Source: Candidatus Nanoarchaeia archaeon
GTDB taxonomy: Archaea > Nanobdellota > Nanobdellia > CSSed11-243R1
Direction of reading: 5' to 3'
Assembly: GCA_028713895.1 (NCBI GenBank)
Contig: JAQTNH010000001.1
Location: forward strand, 661,376-725,375
DNA length: 64,000 nucleotides
Shown here piece after piece: positions 62,867-64,000 of this stretch; the stretch's first letter is position 1, and every line of letters starts with the position of its first letter. The translations under genes and the position numbers were made by a program. The notes below the pieces were generated by a model that was not told where the DNA came from, did no database searches, and saw only the letters and a program-made list of their open reading frames with translations.

Positions 62867-64000
62867 GTGAAAAAAGTAATCATTTGTGTTTTGTTAATTG
62901 TATCCCTATTATTAGTTATTGCGCCCGCAGCCCAGGCATACGGCTTGGGAGTCGGGGGGCAAGTTGTTCTTAAGGATGTTTTGCGTGGAGGATTTGCAAC
63001 ATCAAGGCTTACAGTTAACAACCCGAATCCATTCCCTGTCGGAGTTGGCGCATGGCTTACAGGAGACATTGCAGACTGGATAACACTTTCTCCTGCGGAC
63101 CTTACACTCCAGCCCAATGAACAGAATTATGTTGATGTTACAATACAGCCGCCGCCATTTGTGCCGAACGGAGTTTATACCGGACAAATAACCTTTGTCA
63201 CAACAACAGTTGCCGGAGGCGAAAGCGGAGGCGGAGCCGGGGTTGTAATAGCAGTCGGCTCTGCAATCAACGCTGTAATCGAGATATCTGACCAGGAGAT
63301 ACACTCAATCTTTGTAAGCTCTGTCACTGCTGAGCGGACTGAAGAGTGCAGGCCCATAAACATTAAGGTTGCGCTTCAGAACAAAGGAAATGTTGATACG
63401 ATACCCTCATATTCAGTTTCATTGTACCACAACGAAAAAGGTTTTGTCAAGATAGAATCAATTACAACAGAGGCTGTCAGGCCGACTATCCAGAGAACAG
63501 ACACGCTGGCATTAGGCTATTCTACAACAGGGCTTGGGGCAAACTGGGAGCAGTTCCTTTGTCTGCCTGCAGGAGACTACACAGCAACCCTGACTGCGAC
63601 TGACCAGTTTGGAAAAGAGTTCTACACAGGCAGCGTTCCAGTTTATATCCTCCAAAAAGGGGCGATTTCATTAAGCGGAAACCTTAAGGATATCAAACAC
63701 AAGGATACTGCAAAGCTTGGAGAGCCTGTAAAGATAACAGGCGCTTTTGAGAACACAGGAGTTTCGACTGAGCAGTCAAAACTTAAGGTCGAGGCATACA
63801 AAGGCGACAGGCTTGTTGAAATAGTGACTGGCGAGGAAACACTTTCAGACCCAGGGCAGATAACAAATGTAACTGCATATTTCACGCCAAAAGAGCTCGG
63901 GGAATTCCAGCTTAAAAGCAGCGTTAACTTCGGCGGAAAATCCACCAACTTTATTGAATCAGAACTTGCTGTTGAGCTTGGGCTGACAATAATAATCATA
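62867..64000 (+). CDS. secreted multi-domain beta-sandwich (CARDB/Ig-like) cell-surface protein, 3' partial
   Basis: Not in the track because there is no stop codon within the window. It has a GTG start after a GGTGAGG SD and the signal peptide MKKVIICVLLIVSLLLVIAPAAQA. The frame is open for 378 codons to the window end. It contains CARDB-like strands (INIKVALQNKGNVD). Confidence 0.65.
   Translation, partial: MKKVIICVLLIVSLLLVIAPAAQAYGLGVGGQVVLKDVLRGGFATSRLTVNNPNPFPVGVGAWLTGDIADWITLSPADLTLQPNEQNYVDVTIQPPPFVPNGVYTGQITFVTTTVAGGESGGGAGVVIAVGSAINAVIEISDQEIHSIFVSSVTAERTEECRPINIKVALQNKGNVDTIPSYSVSLYHNEKGFVKIESITTEAVRPTIQRTDTLALGYSTTGLGANWEQFLCLPAGDYTATLTATDQFGKEFYTGSVPVYILQKGAISLSGNLKDIKHKDTAKLGEPVKITGAFENTGVSTEQSKLKVEAYKGDRLVEIVTGEETLSDPGQITNVTAYFTPKELGEFQLKSSVNFGGKSTNFIESELAVELGLTIIII

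Overview
This is an archaeal chromosomal segment of roughly 40% GC by eye, with short spacers, GGTG-type Shine-Dalgarno sites and many apparently leaderless genes. Archaeal markers include GatD/GatE, Pelota, RadA, eS19, eL21, eL31, eL39, RpoF, Rpr2, prefoldin alpha, deoxyhypusine synthase, Dph2/Dph6, PurO and Nre. Small or shortened proteins and patchy metabolism fit a reduced-genome (DPANN-like) archaeon, but the lineage cannot be proven from this window. I support about 95 CDS. That count includes several ORFs missing from the supplied track: eL39, three small zinc-ribbon ORFs, a 29-aa acidic ORF, and a 378-codon ORF that runs off the 3' end. There are also 6 tRNAs and a stand-alone 5S rRNA. 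Four tRNAs carry introns, and two of those carry two introns each, at D-loop and T-loop positions. I found no CRISPR array, no rRNA operon and no recognisable classical defence island. The strongest candidates for something new are: (1) A near-identical 37-nt promoter module (tandem TACTGGACA repeats fused to a TATA-like box) sits upstream of radA, an alkA-orf-nre operon, a PIN nuclease gene and a LAGLIDADG-like gene. This may be an archaeal DNA-damage-type regulon operator. (2) Three paralogous genes in tandem encode N-terminally anchored, 10-cysteine proteins with about 20 N-glycosylation sequons each. They show mosaic conserved and variable patches and lie in a cell-surface gene island at 59.1-64.0 kb. 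(3) tRNA introns in non-homologous tRNAs share a hairpin module, and similar polypyrimidine-polypurine hairpins recur in intergenic DNA. (4) Two free-standing LAGLIDADG genes lie in AT-rich islands. One abuts a sharp codon-usage switch in the 3' end of nre and is preceded by a 110-nt RBS-sequestering hairpin or MITE-like element.
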